Assembly (NCBI GenBank): GCA_965219995.1 | Contig: CBDCOX010000002.1 | Location: 3,360,001 to 3,424,000, forward strand | Reading direction: 5' to 3' | Source of the DNA: Candidatus Latescibacterota bacterium | Lineage (GTDB): Bacteria > Latescibacterota > UBA2968 > GCA-2709665 | Length of the DNA stretch: 64,000 bases | In this document: piece by piece, positions 1 through 7,868 of the stretch | Layout of the letters: each line of letters begins with the position of its first letter | Position numbering within the stretch: position 1 is the stretch's first letter | Notes under the pieces: model-generated | Database searches by the model: none | What the model saw: only the letters and a program-made list of their open reading frames with translations | What the model was told of the DNA's origin: nothing | Translations under genes and position numbers: made by a program

Positions 1-149
1 GCCTTCGCCGCCTCAACGCGCGCTTCGAGAAGGCCGAGCGTTCGTCTGAGCTCGTCGACCCGAGAGGCGGAGGCCTCAATTTCGCGTCGCGCGTGCTCAA
101 GCACCTGTTCGTAGACGTCGTACCGTTCACCCGTTGTTTCTTCCATCAT
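1..149 (-). CDS. Partial hypothetical coiled-coil protein (5' end only; runs off the window)
   Basis: Minus-strand reading MMEETTGERYDVYEQVLEHARREIEASASRVDELRRTLGLLEARVEAAK is open to base 1, with a GGTGGAG RBS upstream. Confidence 0.6.
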   Translation of the reverse strand, partial: MMEETTGERYDVYEQVLEHARREIEASASRVDELRRTLGLLEARVEAAK

Positions 150-201
150 CTCCACCAATCAACCGTGACTCGTGTTTTTCGGTGCCGTTTCGCAGCCATG
201 C

Positions 202-236
202 CCTTTGTGTCTTTTGTGCTTTTTGTGGCTGATTTT
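202..236. repeat. 9-bp-period TTTGTG/CACAAA repeat (related copies at 31401-31436 and, inverted, 33869-33895)
   Basis: tttgtgtct tttgtgctt tttgtggct gatttt; similar string at 31401; reverse orientation agccactcaaagcacaataggcacaga at 33869. Confidence 0.55.
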
Positions 237-267
237 TCGGTTGTCTTTTTTCGAATTGAGGTCAATG

Positions 268-435
268 CTGGTGTCCTGTCCCAAAAATACCTCACCATTC
301 TTCCGCCGATTCATCCCGTCTCGCAGCGTTGCCTTCGCTCGCCGACCTGTCCAGGTCGCCTGCGCTCTGGCGCCTTGCGAGCCGGGCGACTCGACGGCCG
401 AATTTTGGCAACTTATTTCCGGGACAGAACACTAG
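268..435. mobile_element. MITE family A, copy 1 (about 165 bp, terminal inverted repeats, internal hairpin)
   Basis: Ends tggtgtcctgtcccaaaaata ... tatttccgggacagaacactag; diverged second copy at 39418-39584. Confidence 0.8.
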
Positions 436-2363
436 TTCCCTTCGGCAAGCGCCAACTTCAACCTCTGTCGGTATCGTTCGGGATCCTTGAGAATCCGAAC
501 GGCCTCCTGAAACTGTTCATCGCCGCTCAGGCGCGCCAGAATACGCCCTTTCTTGCCCCAAACCCGGTTTCCCAGCTCCCTCCCGATCTCCAGCCGGATA
601 AACGGTTCGGCCTTTTCGAACTCCGCCTCCCGCTCCGTTTCAACAACGTTTCGCAGGACATCCAGCGCCTGGTCCGCCTTCGCCTCAAGTCCTGCCGCCT
701 TCAGTGCACGGCTCAGATTCTCCAGTTCGTTTTCTGACGGCGTACGGTACCGCTTGAAGTTCCCGATCTTTGAGGTGTCCGCGAGGAATGCACGGAACGC
801 GGCGATTTCGGTATCTCCCACCTCATACTCCTCCGGGTGCATGGGAAACGCGTTCCGCGCGGCGTATTCAACGGCAAAATCGAAAAAGAGACCGGCTCGG
901 TACATTTCCAGAACCAGCCGCGGCCTGCGCTCTGGCTTCACAACCACGTCGGGCGTAATTCCGCCTCCGCCGTAAACCGTGCGTCCACCCGCGGTTTTGA
1001 ATGCCATGGCCGAGTCCGGGGCTTCGGAAGCGAGGCTTTCCTCTCTCAGCGCCTTCCCCAGCATCCGCCCCAGTTCCATCTCGAAAAGCTGCTCCGCCTG
1101 GTTCGAGGATTCCAGGTCGAACTGCTCAAAGAGCCGTGTGATCGCGTCCTCCCGCGTCTCTTCCCCGGCAATCGTCGCAACCGTCTGGTACAGCGGCACC
1201 TGCAAGTCCCCAACGTTCAGGGCAAGGTTGCCCAACCTGCCGAATCGTCTGTTTTTGTGGATGCTGCGCCCGCTGGGGGTGTAGTAAAGCGCCGTTGTCC
1301 ACTTGAGCGCCTTGTCGTCGCCAACTTGCTGGAAGGATTGCACAGATCCTTTCCCGAAGGTCGGCACCCCAAGGATCAACCCGCGGTCCGAGTCCTGAAT
1401 TGCGCCGGCAACAATCTCCGAAGCGCTGGCGCTGTGTGCGTTGACGAGTACCACAAGTGGGATATCCCTGACCAGGGACCTCTCCCGGGTACGATATTCC
1501 TTATTCTGGGATTCCACGCGACCCCGGGTGGTGACGACCAGCAGATCGGGTCCGAGAAACACGTCGGCGACGGCGACGGCCTGGGTCAGCAGCCCGCCCG
1601 GATTCCCCCGCAAGTCCAGTATAATGCCCTCCACGTTCTTCGCTTTCAATTCATCAACTGCGGCCGCCAATTCATCGGGCGTGGTTTCCGAGAACCGGCT
1701 GTTGATCAAGCCGGACATGGCGATATAACCGATGCCTTCTTCAATTCCCGCAATGCTCGCCACGCTCTTTACGCGAATGTGCGCCCGAATGATCTCCTGG
1801 TCGAACGGCGCCGACCGGCCCGTCCGGTCGATTGTAACCACAACCCGATTGCCCGGCTTCCCCCGCAGCACATCCACAACTTCCTCCAGCTTCCTGTTGA
1901 GCGTGGGGTCGCCATCCACCGCGACAATCCGATCCCCGACCACGAGTCCGGATGTGTCCGCGGGGGTACCCTCGATCACACTCAGAACGACGGGCACCTC
2001 GACACCTCTCCTCTTCATGGTGCTGATCGTGATGCCCAGGCCGCCGAATTTCCCCTGGGTATCGATCATAAGGTCTTCGAAGGTGCGCCGATTGAGGAAT
2101 TGGGTATACGGGTCCAGTTCATCCAGCATGCCTTCAATGGCCGAGGTCGTGAGCGAGTCGGATGCCAGGGGTTTAAAGTAGCTCGTGGTCAGCAATTTCA
2201 GCGTTTCGGCGTATTCGTCTATACTGCGACCCACCGTGGCGTACGCGTCTTCCCCTTTTACGAGACGCGAGTCCAGGAACACGCCGGTTGCCAGAATGAC
2301 GACAAGCGACACCCCAACCCAAATTCGTCTGCGATTCCGTCCGATCATATTCCGCCTCCGCAT
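432..2363 (-). CDS. ctpA: S41A C-terminal processing peptidase (PDZ + peptidase)
   Basis: N-terminal TM; LDPYT; GLGI PDZ; DLRGNPGG; SASASEI; TFGKGSVQ; YTPSGRSI; GGITPD. Start uncertain (2363 or 2348). Confidence 0.93.
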   Translation of the reverse strand: MRRRNMIGRNRRRIWVGVSLVVILATGVFLDSRLVKGEDAYATVGRSIDEYAETLKLLTTSYFKPLASDSLTTSAIEGMLDELDPYTQFLNRRTFEDLMIDTQGKFGGLGITISTMKRRGVEVPVVLSVIEGTPADTSGLVVGDRIVAVDGDPTLNRKLEEVVDVLRGKPGNRVVVTIDRTGRSAPFDQEIIRAHIRVKSVASIAGIEEGIGYIAMSGLINSRFSETTPDELAAAVDELKAKNVEGIILDLRGNPGGLLTQAVAVADVFLGPDLLVVTTRGRVESQNKEYRTRERSLVRDIPLVVLVNAHSASASEIVAGAIQDSDRGLILGVPTFGKGSVQSFQQVGDDKALKWTTALYYTPSGRSIHKNRRFGRLGNLALNVGDLQVPLYQTVATIAGEETREDAITRLFEQFDLESSNQAEQLFEMELGRMLGKALREESLASEAPDSAMAFKTAGGRTVYGGGGITPDVVVKPERRPRLVLEMYRAGLFFDFAVEYAARNAFPMHPEEYEVGDTEIAAFRAFLADTSKIGNFKRYRTPSENELENLSRALKAAGLEAKADQALDVLRNVVETEREAEFEKAEPFIRLEIGRELGNRVWGKKGRILARLSGDEQFQEAVRILKDPERYRQRLKLALAEGN

Positions 2364-2478
2364 TGTCCGTTCCCGCCATCCTGCGGCACAGCGGGAAGTG
2401 TTCTGCCCGGGTAAGCTGTAACGTTGGACGCGTCCTCTGCCCCCGTGCACCCGACCACGCGCCTGGATTCTCCGATTT

Positions 2479-3114
2479 TCATCCGCCGGGGCGATCCGCG
2501 GCCGAAAGCCGTTTGTGTGTCTCGTTGTAAATCAGGCATGCCAGATCCTCGACGGACAGAAGGCCGTCAACCCGAAAAACGCGCTCGGGTTGCTCCTGCC
2601 AGATCCTGCGATACCCGCCTCTTACCCGCTCAAAAAAAGCGTCGCCGGCCGCTTCGAGCCTGTCGGCATCTGCCGACGTGGACCGCTGTCTGGCCGTTTC
2701 GAGATCCATATCGATCCAGACGGTCAGGTCCGGCCTAAGCCCCCCCGTGGCCACCTCCTGCACCGCCTGAATGCCGTCCTGTTCCAGCCCGCGCCCATCG
2801 CCCTGATAGACCATCGTGGAATCAGCATAGCGGTCTGAAACAACCACTTTGCCCTGCAACAGTGCCGGCCGGATCAGCGCATTGACGTGCTGGGCCCGAT
2901 CGGCCGCGAATAACAGCATCTCGGCGACGGGATCCATCTCCGCCCGACGCGCGAGTACGAGACTGCGCACCTTTCGGCCAAGCCCGGTTCCCCCCGGCTC
3001 CAGGGTGAACACCACGTCGCGGCCCTCCGTGCGAAGCCTCTCAACCAGCCGCTCGGCCTGTGTGGTCTTTCCGCACCTGTCGATGCCTTCAAACGTAATA
3101 AACAGTCCGGCCAC
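2479..3114 (-). CDS. tmk: Thymidylate kinase
   Basis: FITFEGIDRCGKTTQ P-loop, EPGG, DRYADS; GTG start with GGAGG RBS. Confidence 0.95.
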   Translation of the reverse strand: MAGLFITFEGIDRCGKTTQAERLVERLRTEGRDVVFTLEPGGTGLGRKVRSLVLARRAEMDPVAEMLLFAADRAQHVNALIRPALLQGKVVVSDRYADSTMVYQGDGRGLEQDGIQAVQEVATGGLRPDLTVWIDMDLETARQRSTSADADRLEAAGDAFFERVRGGYRRIWQEQPERVFRVDGLLSVEDLACLIYNETHKRLSAADRPGG

Positions 3115-3152
3115 GCCGATGGAACCTCCCGTGCCACACGCAGGTTGCGCCT

Positions 3153-4061
3153 TTATCCGAGCAACTGCGTCAGGATCGCCTTCTGGACGTGCATCCTGTT
3201 TTCCGCCTGATCCACCGCTACGCATCTGGGGCTTGCCATCACTTCGGCCGTCAATTCGTACCCTTTGTGCGCGGGCAGGCAATGCATGACCAGCGCGCCG
3301 GTCTTGTCCAGGAGGTCCATCGTAATCTGATACGGAGCAAATGCCTCGACGCGCCGTTTCTTTTCCACTTCATATGCGGGATCTTCGAAAAACTCCATGT
3401 CGATCCAGGTATCCGTATAGAGAAAGTCTGCCTCGGCCGCTGCCGCCTCCAGGTCGAGGGTTTCCTGAAAAAGACCGGTCGTCCGTGCCCGATCGGTGAG
3501 GTCTTCGTCTTCGGAGGGTTTGTTTACCTCCGGCGTCACCGTCGTGATCCTCACTCCGGCCTTGGTACATCCGGCAATTAATGAATTGCACACATTGTTC
3601 CGAATTCCCACGTAAACCACGTGGGCGCCTTCGAGTTTTCCCCGGATTTCGCGGACCGTCATCAGATCGCCAAGCGCCTGGCAGGGATGGTACCGGTTGC
3701 AGCAACCGTTGATCACAGGCACCTCGGCCCCCGCGGCAAGTTTCTTCAGGTCGCAATGGTTCAACATCCGGGCCATAATGACGTCAGCGTATCGGGAAAG
3801 CACCTGGGCCTCGTCGCCGAGGTCCGCGAGCTGGAAATTGGTGGCCCGCCAGTCCAGATTCATGGCAAACCCGCCCAATTGGTTCATGCCCGTCTCAAAC
3901 GAACACCGGGTACGCGTCGACGGCTTCTGAAACAGCATCGCCAGCGTCCGGCCCTGCAATGCGCCCGAAAATCGTTTCGGGTCTGCCTTCATCAACAGAC
4001 CCGCTTCTACCGTTTCCAGGATGTCCGCTTCCGACCATGTCTTGAGCGTAATCAGATCCAT
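3153..4061 (-). CDS. argF: Ornithine carbamoyltransferase
   Basis: STRTR, HPCQ and HCLP motifs; SMG loop replaced by DME. Confidence 0.88.
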   Translation of the reverse strand: MDLITLKTWSEADILETVEAGLLMKADPKRFSGALQGRTLAMLFQKPSTRTRCSFETGMNQLGGFAMNLDWRATNFQLADLGDEAQVLSRYADVIMARMLNHCDLKKLAAGAEVPVINGCCNRYHPCQALGDLMTVREIRGKLEGAHVVYVGIRNNVCNSLIAGCTKAGVRITTVTPEVNKPSEDEDLTDRARTTGLFQETLDLEAAAAEADFLYTDTWIDMEFFEDPAYEVEKKRRVEAFAPYQITMDLLDKTGALVMHCLPAHKGYELTAEVMASPRCVAVDQAENRMHVQKAILTQLLG

Positions 4062-4143
4062 GGGCAAACCACGCTCTCTATCACCCGTTCGCGCGGTCGA
4101 TTGCCGACCGCCGCCCGTTTCCGTTCGATTCGATCGCCGGAGA

Positions 4144-5103
4144 TCACCGCAGCTGCTTCCCTACTTCGTCCAGTAGCATCCGTTTCGCCTCTTCCAGGTG
4201 CTTTTCAATCCTGCAGCCCGATGCCCGCGTGTGCCCGCCGCCGCCAAACGCCGCGGCGACGCGGTTCACATCCACCGCGCCGCGGGAACGAAGGCTGACG
4301 CGGAACCGTCCCGGGGCCTCTTCCTTGAAGAACAACGCCGCCTGAATCCCGTCGATCGCCATCGCGTGGTCTACCACCGGGTCCAGATCGCCGCCCTTGC
4401 GGAATGTTTCGTAGTCCACAACCAGTGTATTCACTCGAGCGTCGAAATGAAGTTCCAGGGTACTCAAGGCGGCCGCCAGCGTCACCATGGTCTGATAGCT
4501 CTCCCGGGCAAACAGCGCATCGGCGATCTCTTCCGGGTTGGCGCCGAAATCCACCAGTTCGCCGCAGACCTTTAACGCCCGTTCCGGATGAGAAACCCTG
4601 AAAAGCTTGGTATCGAACGCGATTCCCGTGTAGATCTGGGTGGCAACCGCCGGATCGATTGCCGTTCCGGCAGCCCGAAGCAGTCCATAAACCAGTTCGC
4701 TGGCGGAACTGGCCGAACGGTCCACAATGCGGACGTTGCCTTCCGGTTTCCGGACGGCGTGATGATCGATGATCATCGTGCGTGCGTCCTCACGGAGAAG
4801 ACGCCCCACGTCGCCCACTCTTTGCGGGTCCAGCGTTGGCGTGTCCACGAATATCGCCCGGCTGAACGCCGGCTGTGCCGCTAGCGACCCGTACAGTTCA
4901 ATATGGTTAAATCCCGGCAGAAAAGCAAATTTCGGATTCAACGTCTCATCGCTGACGACGAGACGGCACGTCCGCTTCTTCCGGACGAGCATTTCCCTGA
5001 TCGCCAGAATGCTTCCAACCCCATCCCCGTCCGCATTGACGTGGGTTGAGACCAGATATGGTACGTCGGGATCGATAAAAGACAAGGCCGCGGTGTAGTC
5101 CAT
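4144..5103 (-). CDS. nrnA: DHH/DHHA1 phosphoesterase (NrnA-like oligoribonuclease/PAP phosphatase)
   Basis: HVNADGD, IDHH, DT, SLRS, GGGGH..ASG motifs. Confidence 0.88.
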   Translation of the reverse strand: MDYTAALSFIDPDVPYLVSTHVNADGDGVGSILAIREMLVRKKRTCRLVVSDETLNPKFAFLPGFNHIELYGSLAAQPAFSRAIFVDTPTLDPQRVGDVGRLLREDARTMIIDHHAVRKPEGNVRIVDRSASSASELVYGLLRAAGTAIDPAVATQIYTGIAFDTKLFRVSHPERALKVCGELVDFGANPEEIADALFARESYQTMVTLAAALSTLELHFDARVNTLVVDYETFRKGGDLDPVVDHAMAIDGIQAALFFKEEAPGRFRVSLRSRGAVDVNRVAAAFGGGGHTRASGCRIEKHLEEAKRMLLDEVGKQLR

Positions 5104-5131
5104 AATCCGGCTCTGAAACCCCCCTGTCAGA

Positions 5132-5950
5132 TCAACGTCCGTCTGCTGCTCGCGAGCCGCACGTTCCACGCCGCGCAGCCCCACCCTGTTCGATTTTCCG
5201 CAATACGAAATGGACCCGATCCGACCCCTCGTCGGGCGCGCAGAAGCTGAATCCGTCGTAAGCCCCTTCGATGGAAAACGGAGACTGCTCCAGCGCGGCC
5301 TGCATTTCCGGCAGTGCGTATATCCGTTGACGATGCACCTCTTCCACGGCTTCGTCGGTCCGCGTGAACCGGATCTTGAAGCGGTTGAACTGAATCCCGT
5401 TCCTGTAAAAGCTCTCGCGGACGTACGTGAACCCGTCTCCGCGGTCTCTATCCGTCAACTTGCGAAAGTACCTGAGCGAGTTCGTTTCGGTACAAACGTC
5501 GAAAATAAAAATACCTTGCGGCGGCAGAATCGTGTGGACTTCCTCCAATGCCCGGGCGACGTCCTCGATCGTCATCAGATAATTCATGCTGTCGTACAGA
5601 CACAACGCAGCCTCGAATCGGGGCAGCCCGGTCAGGTCAAGCAGGTTTCTGTGGAAGAACTCCACGCTGTGCCCGGATCTTCGCGTCTTTTCTTGCGCCA
5701 CGTCCAGCATTTCCCGGCAATTGTCCGCACCGGAGGCGAGATAGGCCCGTTTTCGCAATTCCAACGCCATACTGCCGGTGCCGCATGCGAGATCCACCAC
5801 CCGTGACGGTGTGGCTTGATGTCGCGCAAAGACAGCTTCTATGTAGTCCGCCCACTGCACATAGTCCACGTGCCGCATCACATGGTCATAGATCTCCGCG
5901 AGCCGGGTGTACGGTTGGGCCGCAGGTGGATATCTCTTTCGTCCGAGCAT
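5132..5950 (-). CDS. Class I SAM-dependent methyltransferase
   Basis: Y..LAEIYD, DLACGTG motif I, CLYDSMNYL, GIFIFD. Confidence 0.9.
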   Translation of the reverse strand: MLGRKRYPPAAQPYTRLAEIYDHVMRHVDYVQWADYIEAVFARHQATPSRVVDLACGTGSMALELRKRAYLASGADNCREMLDVAQEKTRRSGHSVEFFHRNLLDLTGLPRFEAALCLYDSMNYLMTIEDVARALEEVHTILPPQGIFIFDVCTETNSLRYFRKLTDRDRGDGFTYVRESFYRNGIQFNRFKIRFTRTDEAVEEVHRQRIYALPEMQAALEQSPFSIEGAYDGFSFCAPDEGSDRVHFVLRKIEQGGAARRGTCGSRAADGR

Positions 5951-5956
5951 AAATCC

Positions 5957-5985
5957 AATATAAACAGGACACAGGGAAAGGGCAA
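5957..5985 (-). promoter_or_regulatory. Sigma70 promoter, probably giving a leaderless mRNA
   Basis: TTGCCC-17-TATATT ending 6 nt before the ATG at 5950; no RBS. Confidence 0.6.
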
Positions 5986-6026
5986 ACGACAGGCCCGCGC
6001 ACCCGCGGCTCTCCCTGTGGTTCCCC

Positions 6027-6054
6027 AAAAAAACCCGGCCCCAACGGGACCGGG
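6027..6054 (-). terminator. Rho-independent terminator after the S4 gene
   Basis: cccggtccc/ggggccggg stem followed by T7 on the minus strand. Confidence 0.7.
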
Positions 6055-6087
6055 CACTCCGGCTTGACGGACTGGCTTCGGGCTGTG

Positions 6088-6360
6088 TCAGAAGTCTGTG
6101 ACCGCACGCGCCTCGTCCCGAAGCACTTCGTAATACGATCTGGCATCCGCCCGGGAGACGTTTCCGGTCGGCAGCTTCAGGATTTTCAGTTCCAGGTATC
6201 GATCCAGAAACGAGATGCTCACGCGCCTGCCCGGTCCGACGGCATGTCCCGGCTTCGCCCGCCGTCCGTCAAGCGTCACGATTCCATTCTCGCAGGCGCG
6301 TTTTGCCTCGGACCGCCGCCGCGTCAGACAACATCGTTTCAGGTATAGATCCAGCCGCAT
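6088..6360 (-). CDS. RNA-binding S4 domain protein (Hsp15/RqcP-like)
   Basis: MRLDLYL...RRSEAKRACENG.V..DG..AKPG S4 signature. Confidence 0.88.
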   Translation of the reverse strand: MRLDLYLKRCCLTRRRSEAKRACENGIVTLDGRRAKPGHAVGPGRRVSISFLDRYLELKILKLPTGNVSRADARSYYEVLRDEARAVTDF

Positions 6361-6409
6361 GTTGAATTGAACGCCCGTTGTCGACTCGGATCCGGGGCGC
6401 GCCGCGAAC

Positions 6410-7711
6410 TCACTCCTGCGGCCGGCTTCCGTACCCCAGATCGTAGGGCCGAACTTCCACGTAGAGACGCGCCCGTGTTTCCGCAAGAACCTCTTCAAAC
6501 CGCTCTTGAAGGCGCACCTGTTGGATGATTCCCTCTATGGCTGCCTCGTCGTCGTTCACTTTTACGACATGCCATCCGTACTCCGACTGTATCGGGGCGC
6601 TCACTTCGCCCATGCGCATGGTTTTCAGGACGTCCGAGAATTCGGATGGCAGGTTTTCCGGTGTGAACGGCCCGGGCAGCCTCCCGCCTTTCTGGGCGGT
6701 CTCCTCGTGCGCGGAGTGTTTTCGAGCCAATTCCGCGAAATCCGCTCCCGCCTGAACCTTCTTTGCGAGTTCGAGCGCGTCTTCGTAGGCCGTCTTCACG
6801 TCCCGCGTCGAGGGTTGCAGCGGGATGAGTATGTGCCGCGCCCATACCTGGTCGCCGGCTACGGCTTCCACCCTGATGACGTGGTAACCGAACTTCGTCT
6901 TGACCGGCGCGCTGATCTCCCCGGGACGCAGCGCAAAGGCGGCCTCCTCGAACGCCGGGACCATGCGTCCTCGCGGGAAATACCCCAGGTCGCCGCCTTC
7001 TTCCCTGCTGCCTGCGTCGCTGGAATACTGCCGGGCCAGCGTCGCGAAGTCTTCGCCTTTGTTCAAGCGGTCGATGATCGCGTCCGCCTGCGACCTGACT
7101 TCCGCGTCGCGATCGCCGGAGGCTTCGATCGCCACCAGAATATGACTGATACTCAATAGCGGCGGCAGTTCGTCTCTATACCGGTCCCGATAGTCCTGAA
7201 CGTCCTTGAACGACACTTCCACCTGTTCGCTCAGGCGCGTGTACATCCGTTGCCGCAGGAAGTCCTTCCGGAAATCCTGGCGAAACTGGTCGCGAAGATC
7301 CCGTTCCGACACACCCCCTTCGGTAAGCTGCGCGGCAAACGCCTCTTCACCATGTTCCGCCTTGAGTTCCCGGACGCGGGAACGGACCGCGCGTTCGATG
7401 ACCTCCTCGTCTACCTCGATGCTGTCCTCTTCCGCCCTGGCCAGCAGGAGTTTTTCCTGGATCATGTTCCCCAGGATAACCTCGAACAATTCGCTTACCC
7501 TGTCCGGTGTGAGATCCTCCCTGCTCATCCCCTGCTGCATGGCAACCAGCGCCATGCTCGACATCACGTCGGAGCGCAGGACGATCTGATCGTCCACGAC
7601 CGCCACAATCTGGTCGAGGAGCTGCGGCTTTGCCGCGGCGCTCGCCGCGAACATCGTCGCCAGCGCCGCCGCCGCGATGACACGCACGCCCCTTGAAGAA
7701 GCTTTTGTCAT
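6410..7711 (-). CDS. surA: SurA-like periplasmic chaperone/peptidyl-prolyl isomerase
   Basis: Signal peptide, [10 protein letters not shown]-domain, two parvulin domains (HIL...F..LA..S...GG.LG...FGYH). Confidence 0.9.
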   Translation of the reverse strand: MTKASSRGVRVIAAAALATMFAASAAAKPQLLDQIVAVVDDQIVLRSDVMSSMALVAMQQGMSREDLTPDRVSELFEVILGNMIQEKLLLARAEEDSIEVDEEVIERAVRSRVRELKAEHGEEAFAAQLTEGGVSERDLRDQFRQDFRKDFLRQRMYTRLSEQVEVSFKDVQDYRDRYRDELPPLLSISHILVAIEASGDRDAEVRSQADAIIDRLNKGEDFATLARQYSSDAGSREEGGDLGYFPRGRMVPAFEEAAFALRPGEISAPVKTKFGYHVIRVEAVAGDQVWARHILIPLQPSTRDVKTAYEDALELAKKVQAGADFAELARKHSAHEETAQKGGRLPGPFTPENLPSEFSDVLKTMRMGEVSAPIQSEYGWHVVKVNDDEAAIEGIIQQVRLQERFEEVLAETRARLYVEVRPYDLGYGSRPQE

Positions 7712-7868
7712 AGCGCCTTTTCTCCGAATGTCGGACAGGTCCCCACCGCCCTGCGGGGAATGCCCCTTAATGATCCGGCCACCCCATTAGCTGACGGCCC
7801 GCGCATCGTATGGTTCCAAATGAACCGCCGTAAAAAGGCCGCCGGAATTCGGCCGGGAATATATGCGC

